From Spirochaetia bacterium (GTDB lineage: Bacteria; Spirochaetota; Spirochaetia; DSM-2461): a stretch of 64,000 bases of DNA. Position 1 is the stretch's first letter, and each line of letters starts with the position of its first letter. The stretch is taken from positions 2,720,001 to 2,784,000 of the forward strand of contig OY764216.1 of NCBI GenBank assembly GCA_963668315.1, in the 5' to 3' direction. Of the stretch, positions 19,566-29,169 are shown one piece after another. The translations under genes and the position numbers were made by a program. The notes beneath the pieces are model-generated. The model searched no databases. It saw nothing but the letters and a program-made list of their open reading frames with translations, and had not been told where the DNA came from.

Positions 19566-20795
19566 ATGAAAAAAACAATACTCACAGTTTTTGCTCTTTT
19601 CTTTGTCTGCACTTTTACCTTTGCAGAAGGTAAACAGGAAGAAGGTACACCGGATAAACTCGTGTATATCACGCCGTCCTGGGGAGCCCCTTCCGAGGAG
19701 CTTGTCGCCGAGTTCGAAGCCGAGACAGGAATCAAGGTCGAAGTCTCGACTCTGAAGGATGAGGACCTCAGGAATAAGGTCATGCAGGCCGCCGGAGGAA
19801 AGGTCAATCCGGCCGATATCATCTTCGTGGGCATAAGCCATTTCGGTACATTCGCCGCTTCGGGAATCCTCAGGGATCTGGAAGGGCTCGTCCCCGGGGA
19901 GTTGAGCGAAAGCACCCTCGGCTCGGACTTTTTTGTCGCCGACGGCGTTTCCTATGCCGTTCCCCTGTACCAGCAGATGGTTATGATCGACTACGATAAA
20001 TCGGCTCTGGAAAAAATCGGAGAAACCGCCGCGGACATTAAAACCTGGGACGATTTCGAAAACGCCGCCGTCAGGATGAAGGAGGAAGGGCTTTATGAAT
20101 ATCCCCTGGGCTTTGCGGTGCGCCATTGGTCTTGGTACCTGATCGCCCTTTCCACAGGATCCACCCTTTTCGCCGAAGACGGAACTCCCCTGTTCGACGA
20201 TCCGGAAGATCCCGCCTACGACGCTTACAAAAGGCTGATAGGATGGTATGAGAAAGGTCTGATTTCCCCCGAAAGGCTTACTTCCCCCAACGCCCACCCC
20301 CAATTCTGGGCGGGAGACGCCGGCTTTCACCAGGCATGGCAGGGGTCCCTTGCCATAGGAAACAATCCGGAGAAGTCCAAGGTCGCTCCCAATGCGGATT
20401 ACCTGGTTCTTCCCGAGCAGCACTACACCTGGTCCCTGCCGGCGGGCCTGGCCGTTTCCAGCTATACGAAATACCCCAAAGCCGCCGTCAAGTTCATCGA
20501 GTTCATGCTTTCAAAGGATGCGCAGATGTATTGCTATGAAGGAAACGGCATGTTTCCCGCCGAGAAGAGCGTTTTCAAATCCCTCGGTGACAGCGGCCTT
20601 ATCGACGGCTGGGAAGCGATGGCGGAGCAGAGCGAATACGTCAAGCCTCTGCCCTACAGCACTCCCTGGTTCGGAGAGTTTGAAATTGAATTGAAAAATT
20701 CCCTGCTTCGGGTAGCCCGGGGTGAAGTTGATGCGGATACGGCCATCGCCGATCTGGGAGATTTCACGCGCGAGCTTCAGAAGGAATACGAATAG
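19566..20795 (+). CDS. CUT1 sugar ABC transporter solute-binding protein
   Basis: GGAGG SD, signal peptide, FEAETGIKVEV, DGVSYAVP, AAVKFIEFM. Confidence 0.9.
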   Translation: MKKTILTVFALFFVCTFTFAEGKQEEGTPDKLVYITPSWGAPSEELVAEFEAETGIKVEVSTLKDEDLRNKVMQAAGGKVNPADIIFVGISHFGTFAASGILRDLEGLVPGELSESTLGSDFFVADGVSYAVPLYQQMVMIDYDKSALEKIGETAADIKTWDDFENAAVRMKEEGLYEYPLGFAVRHWSWYLIALSTGSTLFAEDGTPLFDDPEDPAYDAYKRLIGWYEKGLISPERLTSPNAHPQFWAGDAGFHQAWQGSLAIGNNPEKSKVAPNADYLVLPEQHYTWSLPAGLAVSSYTKYPKAAVKFIEFMLSKDAQMYCYEGNGMFPAEKSVFKSLGDSGLIDGWEAMAEQSEYVKPLPYSTPWFGEFEIELKNSLLRVARGEVDADTAIADLGDFTRELQKEYE

Positions 20796-20815
20796 ATTTC
20801 GATTTTGCTGAATAT

Positions 20816-20851
20816 ACCTGTTCACCCCGCACTAAGGGTGGGCAGGTTTTT
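20816..20851 (+). terminator. Hairpin after SBP gene (terminator/stabiliser)
   Basis: ACCTGTTCACCC...GGGTGGGCAGGT + T-run. Confidence 0.65.
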
Positions 20852-20901
20852 CTTTATAGGGAACGTCACAGTTCTCTTCCCCCATCGATAATCTGGAGAA
20901 A

Positions 20902-21798
20902 TTGACTATGAGAAAAAAATTATCCTCCTGGCTGGATAACGAATCCCATCTGGCCTGGACGATTCTTATTCCCGCTTTACTGCTTCTTTTGGTTTTTGCC
21001 TACTTTCCCGCCGTACAATCATTCCGGTTCAGCCTGCTTAAGTATAATCTCAAGCTGCCTAATCAGATTCATTTCGTGGGACTGGATAATTATATATATG
21101 TGCTAAAGGACCCCGTATTCCGCACATGCGTGATCAGGGTACTCTATTTTATGGTCGTCGCGACCGTTTCGGTCCTCTTTCTCTCTCTCTGCTTCGCCCA
21201 GGTGCTCAATCAGGAGTTCAAAGGGAAGGGGCTTCTGAGGGCCATTGTCATCATTCCCTGGGCCATACCCCCTGTTGTTAACGGCCATCTCTGGAAATGG
21301 ATCTTCAACGGCGATTACGGAGCTCTGAACGGTTTGCTTTACCAGTTCGGCATCATCAAGGACTATCACTACTGGCTGAATGATCCTACCGTAGCCATTA
21401 ATATGGCTGTCTTTCTGTTTGTCTGGCGGTATACTCCTTTCATCACCATCCTGTTCCTGGGAGTTCTCCAGTCCATCCCGGAGCAGATATATGAGGCCGC
21501 GAAAGTAGACGGGGCGGGAGCATTCAGGCGTCTTTACTCCATAACCATTCCGTTCCTCTCCCAGATCGGGGGAATCGCCGTGGTTCTGACCCTCGTCGCC
21601 AGCTTCAATGTTTTTGATGATATCTATGCGCTTACCGAATTCAGCGAGCTGACCAAAACCCCCATGATATACAACTATGAGTTAACCTTTGACATGGGCC
21701 GTTTCGGCAAAGGCTCGGCCATGGCCTACACGGTGGGACTCTTCCTGTTCCTTCTCACCCTTGTCTATATAAAACTCAGTTTCAAGGAGGACAAGTGA
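20902..21798 (+). CDS. Sugar ABC permease
   Basis: FVGLDNY, IIPWAIPP, EAA motif YEAAKVDGA. Confidence 0.93.
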   Translation: MTMRKKLSSWLDNESHLAWTILIPALLLLLVFAYFPAVQSFRFSLLKYNLKLPNQIHFVGLDNYIYVLKDPVFRTCVIRVLYFMVVATVSVLFLSLCFAQVLNQEFKGKGLLRAIVIIPWAIPPVVNGHLWKWIFNGDYGALNGLLYQFGIIKDYHYWLNDPTVAINMAVFLFVWRYTPFITILFLGVLQSIPEQIYEAAKVDGAGAFRRLYSITIPFLSQIGGIAVVLTLVASFNVFDDIYALTEFSELTKTPMIYNYELTFDMGRFGKGSAMAYTVGLFLFLLTLVYIKLSFKEDK

Positions 21799-22664
21799 TG
21801 AGAACGAAAATACCGGGCAAAATCCTTCTGGCCATTATGGTTGTCCTCATTCTTTTCTGGTCCCTGGCTCCTCTCTTCTGGATTTTCATCTCATCCATCT
21901 CTCCGAGAACCGAGCTGTATTCCGTTCCGCCCCACTGGTTTCCCCATCAGCCCACGCTGGAAGCCTATAAAAAGGTTCTGATCACCGGTGAGAGCTTCAG
22001 AGGAGGGGACGGCATCGCGGCGGCCCAGCTTTTCAGAAAGGGAATCACCAATTCCCTCATCGTTTCCATCATAACCACGGCAATGGTCATGTTTTTTGCT
22101 CCTCTCCTGGGGTACGCCTTTTCCCGATTGCGATTCAAGGGGAAGAATCTGTTCTTCTACCTGATCATCGGCATCATCGCCTTGCCTTCCTGGCCGGTTC
22201 TGATAGGATTGTTTTCTGAGTTCAGCTATCTTCATCTGCTCGATACGAAGCTGGGGCTGATACTGCTGTCCTTCACCTTCAGGCTTCCCTTTGAAACCTG
22301 GTTCATGAAGGGGTACTTTGAAGCGGTTCCCTCGGAAATCGAGGATGCCGCCAGAATCGACGGCTGCACGAGGCTGCAGACCCTGACCAAGGTATGTATC
22401 CATATGGTCATGCCCGGGCTTATTGCCGTATCGATCGTTTCTTTCCTTCATACGTGGAATCTTTTTTCCGGACCGCTGGTCCTGACGTATACATTGAAAT
22501 CCAAGCCCCTGACCGTTACCATGACCGAGTTTATCGGACAGTACTATGTTCACTGGGACTTGATGACCGCAGCGACGATTCTGGCGATTATCCCGCCGGT
22601 TCTGATTGTTATCTTCTTTCAGAAGTATATCATCCAGGGGCTTTCGTCCGGCGCCATCAAATAA
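21795..22664 (+). CDS. Sugar ABC permease
   Basis: GYAFSRLRFKG, EDAARIDGC, FFQKYIIQGLSSGAIK. Confidence 0.93.
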   Translation: MMRTKIPGKILLAIMVVLILFWSLAPLFWIFISSISPRTELYSVPPHWFPHQPTLEAYKKVLITGESFRGGDGIAAAQLFRKGITNSLIVSIITTAMVMFFAPLLGYAFSRLRFKGKNLFFYLIIGIIALPSWPVLIGLFSEFSYLHLLDTKLGLILLSFTFRLPFETWFMKGYFEAVPSEIEDAARIDGCTRLQTLTKVCIHMVMPGLIAVSIVSFLHTWNLFSGPLVLTYTLKSKPLTVTMTEFIGQYYVHWDLMTAATILAIIPPVLIVIFFQKYIIQGLSSGAIK

Positions 22665-22666
22665 AA

Positions 22667-22712
22667 AAAGTCACACCTGAATACTACTGTCTGTAGGCAG
22701 GTGTGACTCTTT
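22667..22712. terminator. Bidirectional terminator between convergent operons
   Basis: AAAAGTCACACCTG...CAGGTGTGACTCTTT inverted repeat with A/T flanks. Confidence 0.75.
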
Positions 22713-22741
22713 CCGCAGGGATCGACCCGTCTGGAACGCTC

Positions 22742-23863
22742 TTAGCCCATCCTCTCCCCATTCACAAAAACATACTCAAGAGCACTCAGGCTATGGAGCG
22801 GATTTCCGTCAAAAATCAGGATATCCCCGTCTTTTCCCTCCTTCAGGGAGCCGATCCGGCCGTCCAGCCCCAGGGCCCTTGCCGGATTGATGGTCATCGC
22901 TTCCAGGGCCGCTCTTTCGCTGACCCCTTCCCTGACAAAGAGGCAGGCGGAGAGATGAAACAGTTCGACCGATATATCGGGGTGATGGGTGGAAAGGCAG
23001 AAGGGAATACCCTCTTTCTCCAGAAGGGCGGCATGATTGTCCCGCCGGTTGAGCAGGTATTCGAAGGAGCCGTCTTCCAGAAGGGACGTCAGAACCAGGG
23101 GAGTACCCTTTTTCTTCAGTCTCTCCACAAGAGAGGGGTATTCCACAACTCCATCCAGTATGAGGGACAAGTCCAGCTCTTCCGCCAGGTCAAGGGCCGA
23201 AAGGATATCCTGCTCCTGGGCAGCGGTCAGCTTCAGAGGAACCTGTTTCTTCTGAAGCGCTTCTATGACGGATCTTTCCGCCTGGCTGATCTGACGGGGC
23301 TGGCTGTGCTCTGAATCCTGCAGGGTCAGGGCGTCGCGGAGTCCCCGTGCCAGTCCCATGCGGGAAAGGGGGCTGAAACGGACTTTGTCATAATCGTTTT
23401 TGGCCCTGTTGCCCATGGTGCCGTGCATATCGGCATAGGCGCTGATCACCCGGTCTTCCGGGTTGGTGCCGGCTAGCGCCGTTTTCAGGGCACAGCTCTG
23501 ACCGCCGAGGGGACGGTTATAGGGCGAGTTCACCACCACCGTGGTAACGCCGTTTTTCCAGGCCTTTTCAAAGTACTCATCCCGCCAGTTGATGCCGTTT
23601 ATCATTTTGGCTGTAGCCTGGTATTTATCGGAAGGGGGAACTCCCATTCCTTCGGAGAGGCGGTGACCGGCGTCCATAAGGCCCAGATTGGTGCTTATGT
23701 CGACAAATCCGGGAACAACCGATTTACCCTTAAGGTCCAGCATCTCTTCGTTTCCGGCGGCTAGATTCTGCCCCAGAGCGGCAATCTTCCCGTCTCTGAT
23801 CAGCAGATCACCCCGGAAAGGGGCGTCTTCCGCGGTATATATCAAACCGTCTTTCAGCAGCAT
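22742..23863 (-). CDS. Amidohydrolase-family protein with degenerate metal ligands
   Basis: Starts MLLKDGLIY; PGFVDISTN in place of PGxIDAHxH; C-terminal TINPARALGL..GSLKEGKDGD. Confidence 0.85.
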   Translation of the reverse strand: MLLKDGLIYTAEDAPFRGDLLIRDGKIAALGQNLAAGNEEMLDLKGKSVVPGFVDISTNLGLMDAGHRLSEGMGVPPSDKYQATAKMINGINWRDEYFEKAWKNGVTTVVVNSPYNRPLGGQSCALKTALAGTNPEDRVISAYADMHGTMGNRAKNDYDKVRFSPLSRMGLARGLRDALTLQDSEHSQPRQISQAERSVIEALQKKQVPLKLTAAQEQDILSALDLAEELDLSLILDGVVEYPSLVERLKKKGTPLVLTSLLEDGSFEYLLNRRDNHAALLEKEGIPFCLSTHHPDISVELFHLSACLFVREGVSERAALEAMTINPARALGLDGRIGSLKEGKDGDILIFDGNPLHSLSALEYVFVNGERMG

Positions 23864-25032
23864 TGGATTTTTCCTTTGTCTTCGGTATAAACCAGCTTTC
23901 CTCCCAGGAAGGTATGGCGGCAGCGGCTGCGCATCTCCAGGGGCGATCCGTCGAAAACCGCGATATCGGCGATTTTCCCGATGTCCAGGGAGCCCCGCTC
24001 GCTGTCGATCTCCAGCGCCCTGGCCGGGTTGCGGGCGATCGTGTACAGCGCATCCTTCCATGACATCCCGCCCTTATGAAGAAGGCCTGCCTGGGGACCC
24101 AGATAAAGCCCATTGGCAAAGGGATGGTCGGAAATGAGGGAGACGGAACAGCCTTTTTCGGTCAGAACAAGGGGGTTCATGACAGACTTGTTGCGCAGTT
24201 CCTCTTTTGTTTTAAACATGAAAAGGGGACCGGTGAGCAGGGGAATCTGTTTCTCCGCCAGCACGTCGGCAATCAGATAACCTTCGGTACAGTGATCCAG
24301 GGTGATGCGGATAGGGTAGGGTTCGGTTAACCGGATGGCCGTTAGGATGTCGTCGGCCCGATGGCAGTGGATTTTCAGTGGGATTTCCCCGTTGAACACG
24401 GGCATGAAGATTTCCCAGAAGGGCTTCCGCTCTTCCGGTACCCGTTGTTCCCGGCCCCGCCAGTACTGGTAGGCCTCTTCCAGAGTCTCTTCCAGAACCC
24501 GGGCATTGCCCATGCGGCTGGCGGGGGATTTCCCCTCCGGCCCGTAGACGGAGATCGGGTTTTCCCCCAGGGCGGCCTTGAGGGCCTTGTAGGGATGGAG
24601 GGTCATCTCTTTTGCCGTGGCGCCGTAGGGCTGTATGAGGGCGGCCTGGCCTCCCAGCAGGTTTCCGCTTCCCGGGGGAAGCATCATCGTTGTCAGACCG
24701 CAGGAGAGGGACTTCCTCATATCCGGATCGGCCGGATTGATCCCATCGACGGCCCGGACGCCGGGCGTGATGGGGGCGGAGCATTCGTTGGAGTCGTTGC
24801 CGAGGGGGCGGGATACCCAGGTACCCATATGGCTGTGGGCGTCAATGAGACCGGGAAAAATCTGCATGCCCTTCACATCGATGACGCTGTCGAGCTCTCC
24901 TTCCCAGTGTTTATTCAATTCGCCCCGGGGAACCAGGGCGGCGATTCTCTCTCCCTCTATCAGAAGATCCAGGGGAAGGAATTCCCCCGGAGCGTCCTGA
25001 AAAACCTCTCCTCCGGAAAGAAGGGTCGTCAT
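23854..25032 (-). CDS. Metal-dependent amidohydrolase
   Basis: PGLIDAHSHMG, KAALGENP, IHCHRADD, LDHCTEG, ISDHP, GKIADI. Confidence 0.92.
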   Translation of the reverse strand: MTTLLSGGEVFQDAPGEFLPLDLLIEGERIAALVPRGELNKHWEGELDSVIDVKGMQIFPGLIDAHSHMGTWVSRPLGNDSNECSAPITPGVRAVDGINPADPDMRKSLSCGLTTMMLPPGSGNLLGGQAALIQPYGATAKEMTLHPYKALKAALGENPISVYGPEGKSPASRMGNARVLEETLEEAYQYWRGREQRVPEERKPFWEIFMPVFNGEIPLKIHCHRADDILTAIRLTEPYPIRITLDHCTEGYLIADVLAEKQIPLLTGPLFMFKTKEELRNKSVMNPLVLTEKGCSVSLISDHPFANGLYLGPQAGLLHKGGMSWKDALYTIARNPARALEIDSERGSLDIGKIADIAVFDGSPLEMRSRCRHTFLGGKLVYTEDKGKIQCC

Positions 25033-25035
25033 AGG

Positions 25036-26292
25036 CTATTCTCCCGAACCTATCAGGTCCAGAATCATTCCCCCGTAAATTTTTGCGGAGTTGACCACGT
25101 CTTCGATGTCCACGTCTTCGTTGTACGAGTGGATTCCCGCCGTGTTGGCAGGACCGTACTGAATGGTGGGGATTCCCGCTTCCCGGTAGCATCGGGCGTC
25201 GCTGGAGGCCCACTGATAGGCGGGAACGATCGGTTCTCCCCATACGGCCAGGGCGTTATCCATGACCGTTTTGACAAGAGGTTCGTCCACATCGGTATAG
25301 TTGGCCCCGGAGGTCCATTTCATGTCATAGCTGATATTCTCGATACCCTGCTCTTCGGCAATGGAGAAGAACTCCTCCCTGACCCTATCCATCTCCAGGC
25401 CGATGGGAATACGGATGTCCACTTCCATTTCGCAGTAGTCGGCCACCATATTGGTCTTGGTGCCCCCCTTGATGGTTCCCGGATTGACCGTGACGTGGTC
25501 TATGATATTCTCCACACCATCGGTACCCTGGGCCTCCCGAGCGATTCTCTTGGAGTCGGCTAATACGGGGAGCTGCTTTTCCGTGAAGTTTCCCGTCATG
25601 GATTCAAGCTTTTCAAGGCCGGCGATGAACTTCATCATCTCCCGGATGGCGCTGACCCCCTTGTACTTGCCCAGGCTCCCGTGGGCAGACTGGCCCTTGA
25701 TCATAACCTTGCCCTGGAAGGTGCCCTTCTGGCCCACTTCGCAGTTGTTGGAAGAGGTGGGTTCCGCCACGATAACGCAGGAGGCGTTTTTGGCGTACCC
25801 GTGGTCAACCAGCCATTGGGTTCCCAGATGACCGCCGGTTTCCTCATCGGGAACGACGTGAAGGCTTACCTTACCCTTGAGCTCGGTCTTCTGTTCCGCC
25901 AGGAGGCGGATGACGAAGAGGGCGCCGGCGAGACCGCACTTCATATCCGAGGCGCCCCGGCCGCGGATGACTTTATCGGTGATCTCTCCGCCGTAGGGAT
26001 CGAAGTCCCACTGGCTCCGGTCGCCGGCGGGAACCACGTCGGAGTGGCCGTTGAACAGCACTTCGGGGCCGTCGGCTTTGCCGTAGGATGCCAGGATATT
26101 GGGATGGGCCTCATCCTGTCCCACAATGGTATAATCCACGCCGCCCTTTTTCAGGTAATCGGTAATATAGGCTGTTACCGCTTCCATCTCTCCGGGGGGA
26201 TTTTCGCTGGGGATCTGGAGCAGTTCGGAGCAGAGGGTTATGAGATCGCTTTTCTTCTCTTCGATCAGATCCCGTATTTCTTGTTTCGTCAT
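25036..26292 (-). CDS. M20 metallohydrolase (ArgE/DapE family)
   Basis: NGHSDVVP, GRGASDMKCG, PDEETGG, VAEPT, AHGS, SDAR, GIHSYNE. Confidence 0.93.
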   Translation of the reverse strand: MTKQEIRDLIEEKKSDLITLCSELLQIPSENPPGEMEAVTAYITDYLKKGGVDYTIVGQDEAHPNILASYGKADGPEVLFNGHSDVVPAGDRSQWDFDPYGGEITDKVIRGRGASDMKCGLAGALFVIRLLAEQKTELKGKVSLHVVPDEETGGHLGTQWLVDHGYAKNASCVIVAEPTSSNNCEVGQKGTFQGKVMIKGQSAHGSLGKYKGVSAIREMMKFIAGLEKLESMTGNFTEKQLPVLADSKRIAREAQGTDGVENIIDHVTVNPGTIKGGTKTNMVADYCEMEVDIRIPIGLEMDRVREEFFSIAEEQGIENISYDMKWTSGANYTDVDEPLVKTVMDNALAVWGEPIVPAYQWASSDARCYREAGIPTIQYGPANTAGIHSYNEDVDIEDVVNSAKIYGGMILDLIGSGE

Positions 26293-27272
26293 AGTTGTTT
26301 TCCTTCTTCCGGAAAATGACAGGCTGTCCTGTGTTCTCCGTTGATAGTCTGCAGTTCGGGGGCTTTCTGGCGGCAGATGTCCCGGCTCAGGGGACAGCGT
26401 GTCGACAGGGGGCAGCCGGGGGGCAGATTCAGGGGGCTGGGCAGTTCGCCTTCCAGAATATTATCTTTTTTCTCTTCAAAGGGACTTTCGGGAGGTATGG
26501 AAGCGAATAGGGCTTTGGTATAGGGATGGCAGGGATCTTTATATACCTGATCTGCCGGTCCTTCCTCCACGATAAATCCCAGATACATGATTATCAGCCT
26601 GTCGCTGATGTATTTTACAACACTCAAATCGTGGGAGATAAACATATAGGTAAAGCCGTGTTTCTTCTGGAGCCGTGCCAGCAGGTTGATCACCTGGGCC
26701 TGCACCGACACATCCAGGGCGGACACGGGCTCGTCACAGACGATGAATTCCGGTTCCAGCGCCAGGGCACGGGCAATGTTGATACGCTGCCTCTGGCCTC
26801 CGGAGAATTCGTGGGGATGGCGATGGGCATGTTCCTTCACAAGGCCCACTTCCTCGAGCAGCTGGTAGACCCGCTTTTCCCGTTCGGCCCGATCGTACAT
26901 CTTGTGGATGACCATGGGCTCTTCGATCAGCTGGAACGTCGTTTTCCTGGGATCGAGGGAGGAGTAGGGGTCCTGGAAGATAATCTGCATATCCTTGCGA
27001 AGGCTTTTCATCTCCCCCTTGTTCCTGCCCAGGATCTCTTGATCCTTGAATTTGACAGAACCGTCCCGTGAGGGAATCAGGTTCAGGAGGGCTTTCCCCA
27101 GGGTGGACTTTCCGCAGCCCGACTCTCCGATAACGCCGAGGGTCTCCCCCTTGCGTACTTCGAAATTCACCTTGTTCACCGCTTTCAGAACGCGGCTTTT
27201 CTCAAAGATCGATTTGCTTTTTATATCGTAGACCGTGGTCAGGTCTTTTACTTTTAAGAGGCTATCACTCAT
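26289..27272 (-). CDS. Oligopeptide ABC ATPase (OppF/DppF-like)
   Basis: GESGCGKST, FSGGQRQR, CDEPVSALD, C-terminal Cys cluster. Confidence 0.95.
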   Translation of the reverse strand: MSDSLLKVKDLTTVYDIKSKSIFEKSRVLKAVNKVNFEVRKGETLGVIGESGCGKSTLGKALLNLIPSRDGSVKFKDQEILGRNKGEMKSLRKDMQIIFQDPYSSLDPRKTTFQLIEEPMVIHKMYDRAEREKRVYQLLEEVGLVKEHAHRHPHEFSGGQRQRINIARALALEPEFIVCDEPVSALDVSVQAQVINLLARLQKKHGFTYMFISHDLSVVKYISDRLIIMYLGFIVEEGPADQVYKDPCHPYTKALFASIPPESPFEEKKDNILEGELPSPLNLPPGCPLSTRCPLSRDICRQKAPELQTINGEHRTACHFPEEGKQL

Positions 27273-28290
27273 CTCGGGAATCTCCTTTCCGGGTCAGGCC
27301 GGGCCCTTCGCCCTGAAAATGACAGGCCGCCCAGTGGCCGGGAGCCACCTCTTTCAGTCCGGGAGTGCTGTTGAAGCAGATATCCTGACGGTAGGGACAA
27401 CGCTCGCAGAACACGCAGCTCTCTTCGCCCGGTTCCTGATCGGAGGCAATCGTGTCGATAACGGCCAGGGGCTTGGAGATGTCCTGGCTCATCCGGGGAA
27501 CAGAATCGAGAAGACCCCAGGTATAGGGATGGACCGGATTCGTATAAAGGTCGCCCACGCTGGCGTGCTCCACGGTTTTTCCCTTGTACATGACCATGAC
27601 GGAGGTACAGATATCCCAGATAACCCCGATATTATGGGTTATGATCATAATGGGTGTTCCCAGTTTTTTCTGAAGCGATTTGAGAAGCTCCAGAACCTGG
27701 GACTGGACCGTCACATCCAGAGCCGTGGTGGGCTCGTCGGCGATAATCACCTTCGGTTCGCATACGATGGCCATGGCGATGATAACCCTCTGGCGCATCC
27801 CGCCGGAATACTCGTGGGGATAGCTGTCGAGACGGGATTCCGCATCGGGGATTCCCACCATCCGCAGCGCTTCCACGGCTTTCGCCCGGGCTTCGGCTCC
27901 TTTCAGCCCCAGGTGGGTCTCGATAATCTCCAGCATCTGCTGGCCGATGGTGAACACCGGATCGATGGAGGTCATGGGATCCTGAAAGATCATGGAGATG
28001 TCCTTGCCGCGCAGCTTCTGCATCTGTCTTTCGTTCAGATCGAGCAGATTCTTATCCTGGAAGAGGACTTTTCCCGATTCGATTTTGCCGGTGGGCTTGG
28101 GAACGAGTTTCATGACCGACAGGGCGGTCATGCTCTTACCCGAGCCGGATTCGCCCACGATTCCCAGGGTTTCCCCTTCGGACAGGGTAAAGCTGACGCC
28201 GTCTACGGCTTTCACCGTGCCCCGGGTCGTATGGAAATAGGTTTTCAGATCTTCTACGGAGAGAAGAGTTTCCTTTTTTATCTCACTCAT
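27265..28290 (-). CDS. Oligopeptide ABC ATPase (OppD/DppD-like)
   Basis: GESGSGKS, YSGGMRQR, ADEPTTALD. Confidence 0.95.
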   Translation of the reverse strand: MSEIKKETLLSVEDLKTYFHTTRGTVKAVDGVSFTLSEGETLGIVGESGSGKSMTALSVMKLVPKPTGKIESGKVLFQDKNLLDLNERQMQKLRGKDISMIFQDPMTSIDPVFTIGQQMLEIIETHLGLKGAEARAKAVEALRMVGIPDAESRLDSYPHEYSGGMRQRVIIAMAIVCEPKVIIADEPTTALDVTVQSQVLELLKSLQKKLGTPIMIITHNIGVIWDICTSVMVMYKGKTVEHASVGDLYTNPVHPYTWGLLDSVPRMSQDISKPLAVIDTIASDQEPGEESCVFCERCPYRQDICFNSTPGLKEVAPGHWAACHFQGEGPGLTRKGDSRDE

Positions 28291-28293
28291 GGA

Positions 28294-29157
28294 TTACCTC
28301 TTCATCTTGGGATCCATAATATCCCGGATACCGTCGCCCAGCAGGTTGAATCCCAATACGCTGATCAGGATAAACATACCGGAAATCGTGGCGATATGGG
28401 GGGCCGTGTTCAGCGTGTCCTTGCCGGCCCGGAGGATATTTCCCCAGGAGGCCTGGGGAGGCTGTATTCCCATTCCCAGAAAACTGAGGGCCGCTTCGGA
28501 AATGATGGCCCCCGCGATATTGAGGGTTATGTAAACAATGACCGGCGAGAGGATATTGGGCAGGATGTGCCGGAACAGAATCCGGCTTCCCGAACCGCCA
28601 ATCGCCTCGATGGCCTTGCAATACTCTTCGTTTTTGGCAATATGCACCTGGCCGCGGACGATGCGGGCGCAGCCGGGGATATTGGCGATGCCGATGGCCA
28701 GGATCACGTTCTTCAAGCCGTCGCCCAGTACGGTCATCAGAACAATGGCCAGGAGGACGAAAGGGAAGGCGAACATGCCGTCCATGAAGCGCATGATGAC
28801 CGTGTCGACCCATCCGCCCTTGTAGCCGGAAAGGAGTCCCAGGAGGATTCCGACCACGGCGCCTACCAGTGTCCCTCCGAAGGCGACCACGATGGAGACC
28901 CGGGCGCCGAAGAAAATGCGGCTCAGGATGTCCCGGCCGAACTCGTCGGTTCCGAAAAAGTGGTGGGGAGATCCCGGTTTGGCGAACATATTGGCCAGGT
29001 CCATCTCGTCCGGTTCGTAGGGACTGATCAGGGGGGCGGCCGCGGCGATGAATACGATGGCAATGACGATGAAGAAGCCGAAAAGGGCCGTCTTATTTCT
29101 CAGAAGCATCTGCCAGGGTGTATTGGTATTTTTTTCTCTTATCTTTTTTTCTTTCAT
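28294..29157 (-). CDS. Oligopeptide ABC permease (OppC-like)
   Basis: HFFGTDEFGRD, RHILPN, EAALSFLG, FNLLGDG. Confidence 0.95.
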   Translation of the reverse strand: MKEKKIREKNTNTPWQMLLRNKTALFGFFIVIAIVFIAAAAPLISPYEPDEMDLANMFAKPGSPHHFFGTDEFGRDILSRIFFGARVSIVVAFGGTLVGAVVGILLGLLSGYKGGWVDTVIMRFMDGMFAFPFVLLAIVLMTVLGDGLKNVILAIGIANIPGCARIVRGQVHIAKNEEYCKAIEAIGGSGSRILFRHILPNILSPVIVYITLNIAGAIISEAALSFLGMGIQPPQASWGNILRAGKDTLNTAPHIATISGMFILISVLGFNLLGDGIRDIMDPKMKR

Positions 29158-29169
29158 GATAATATCCCG

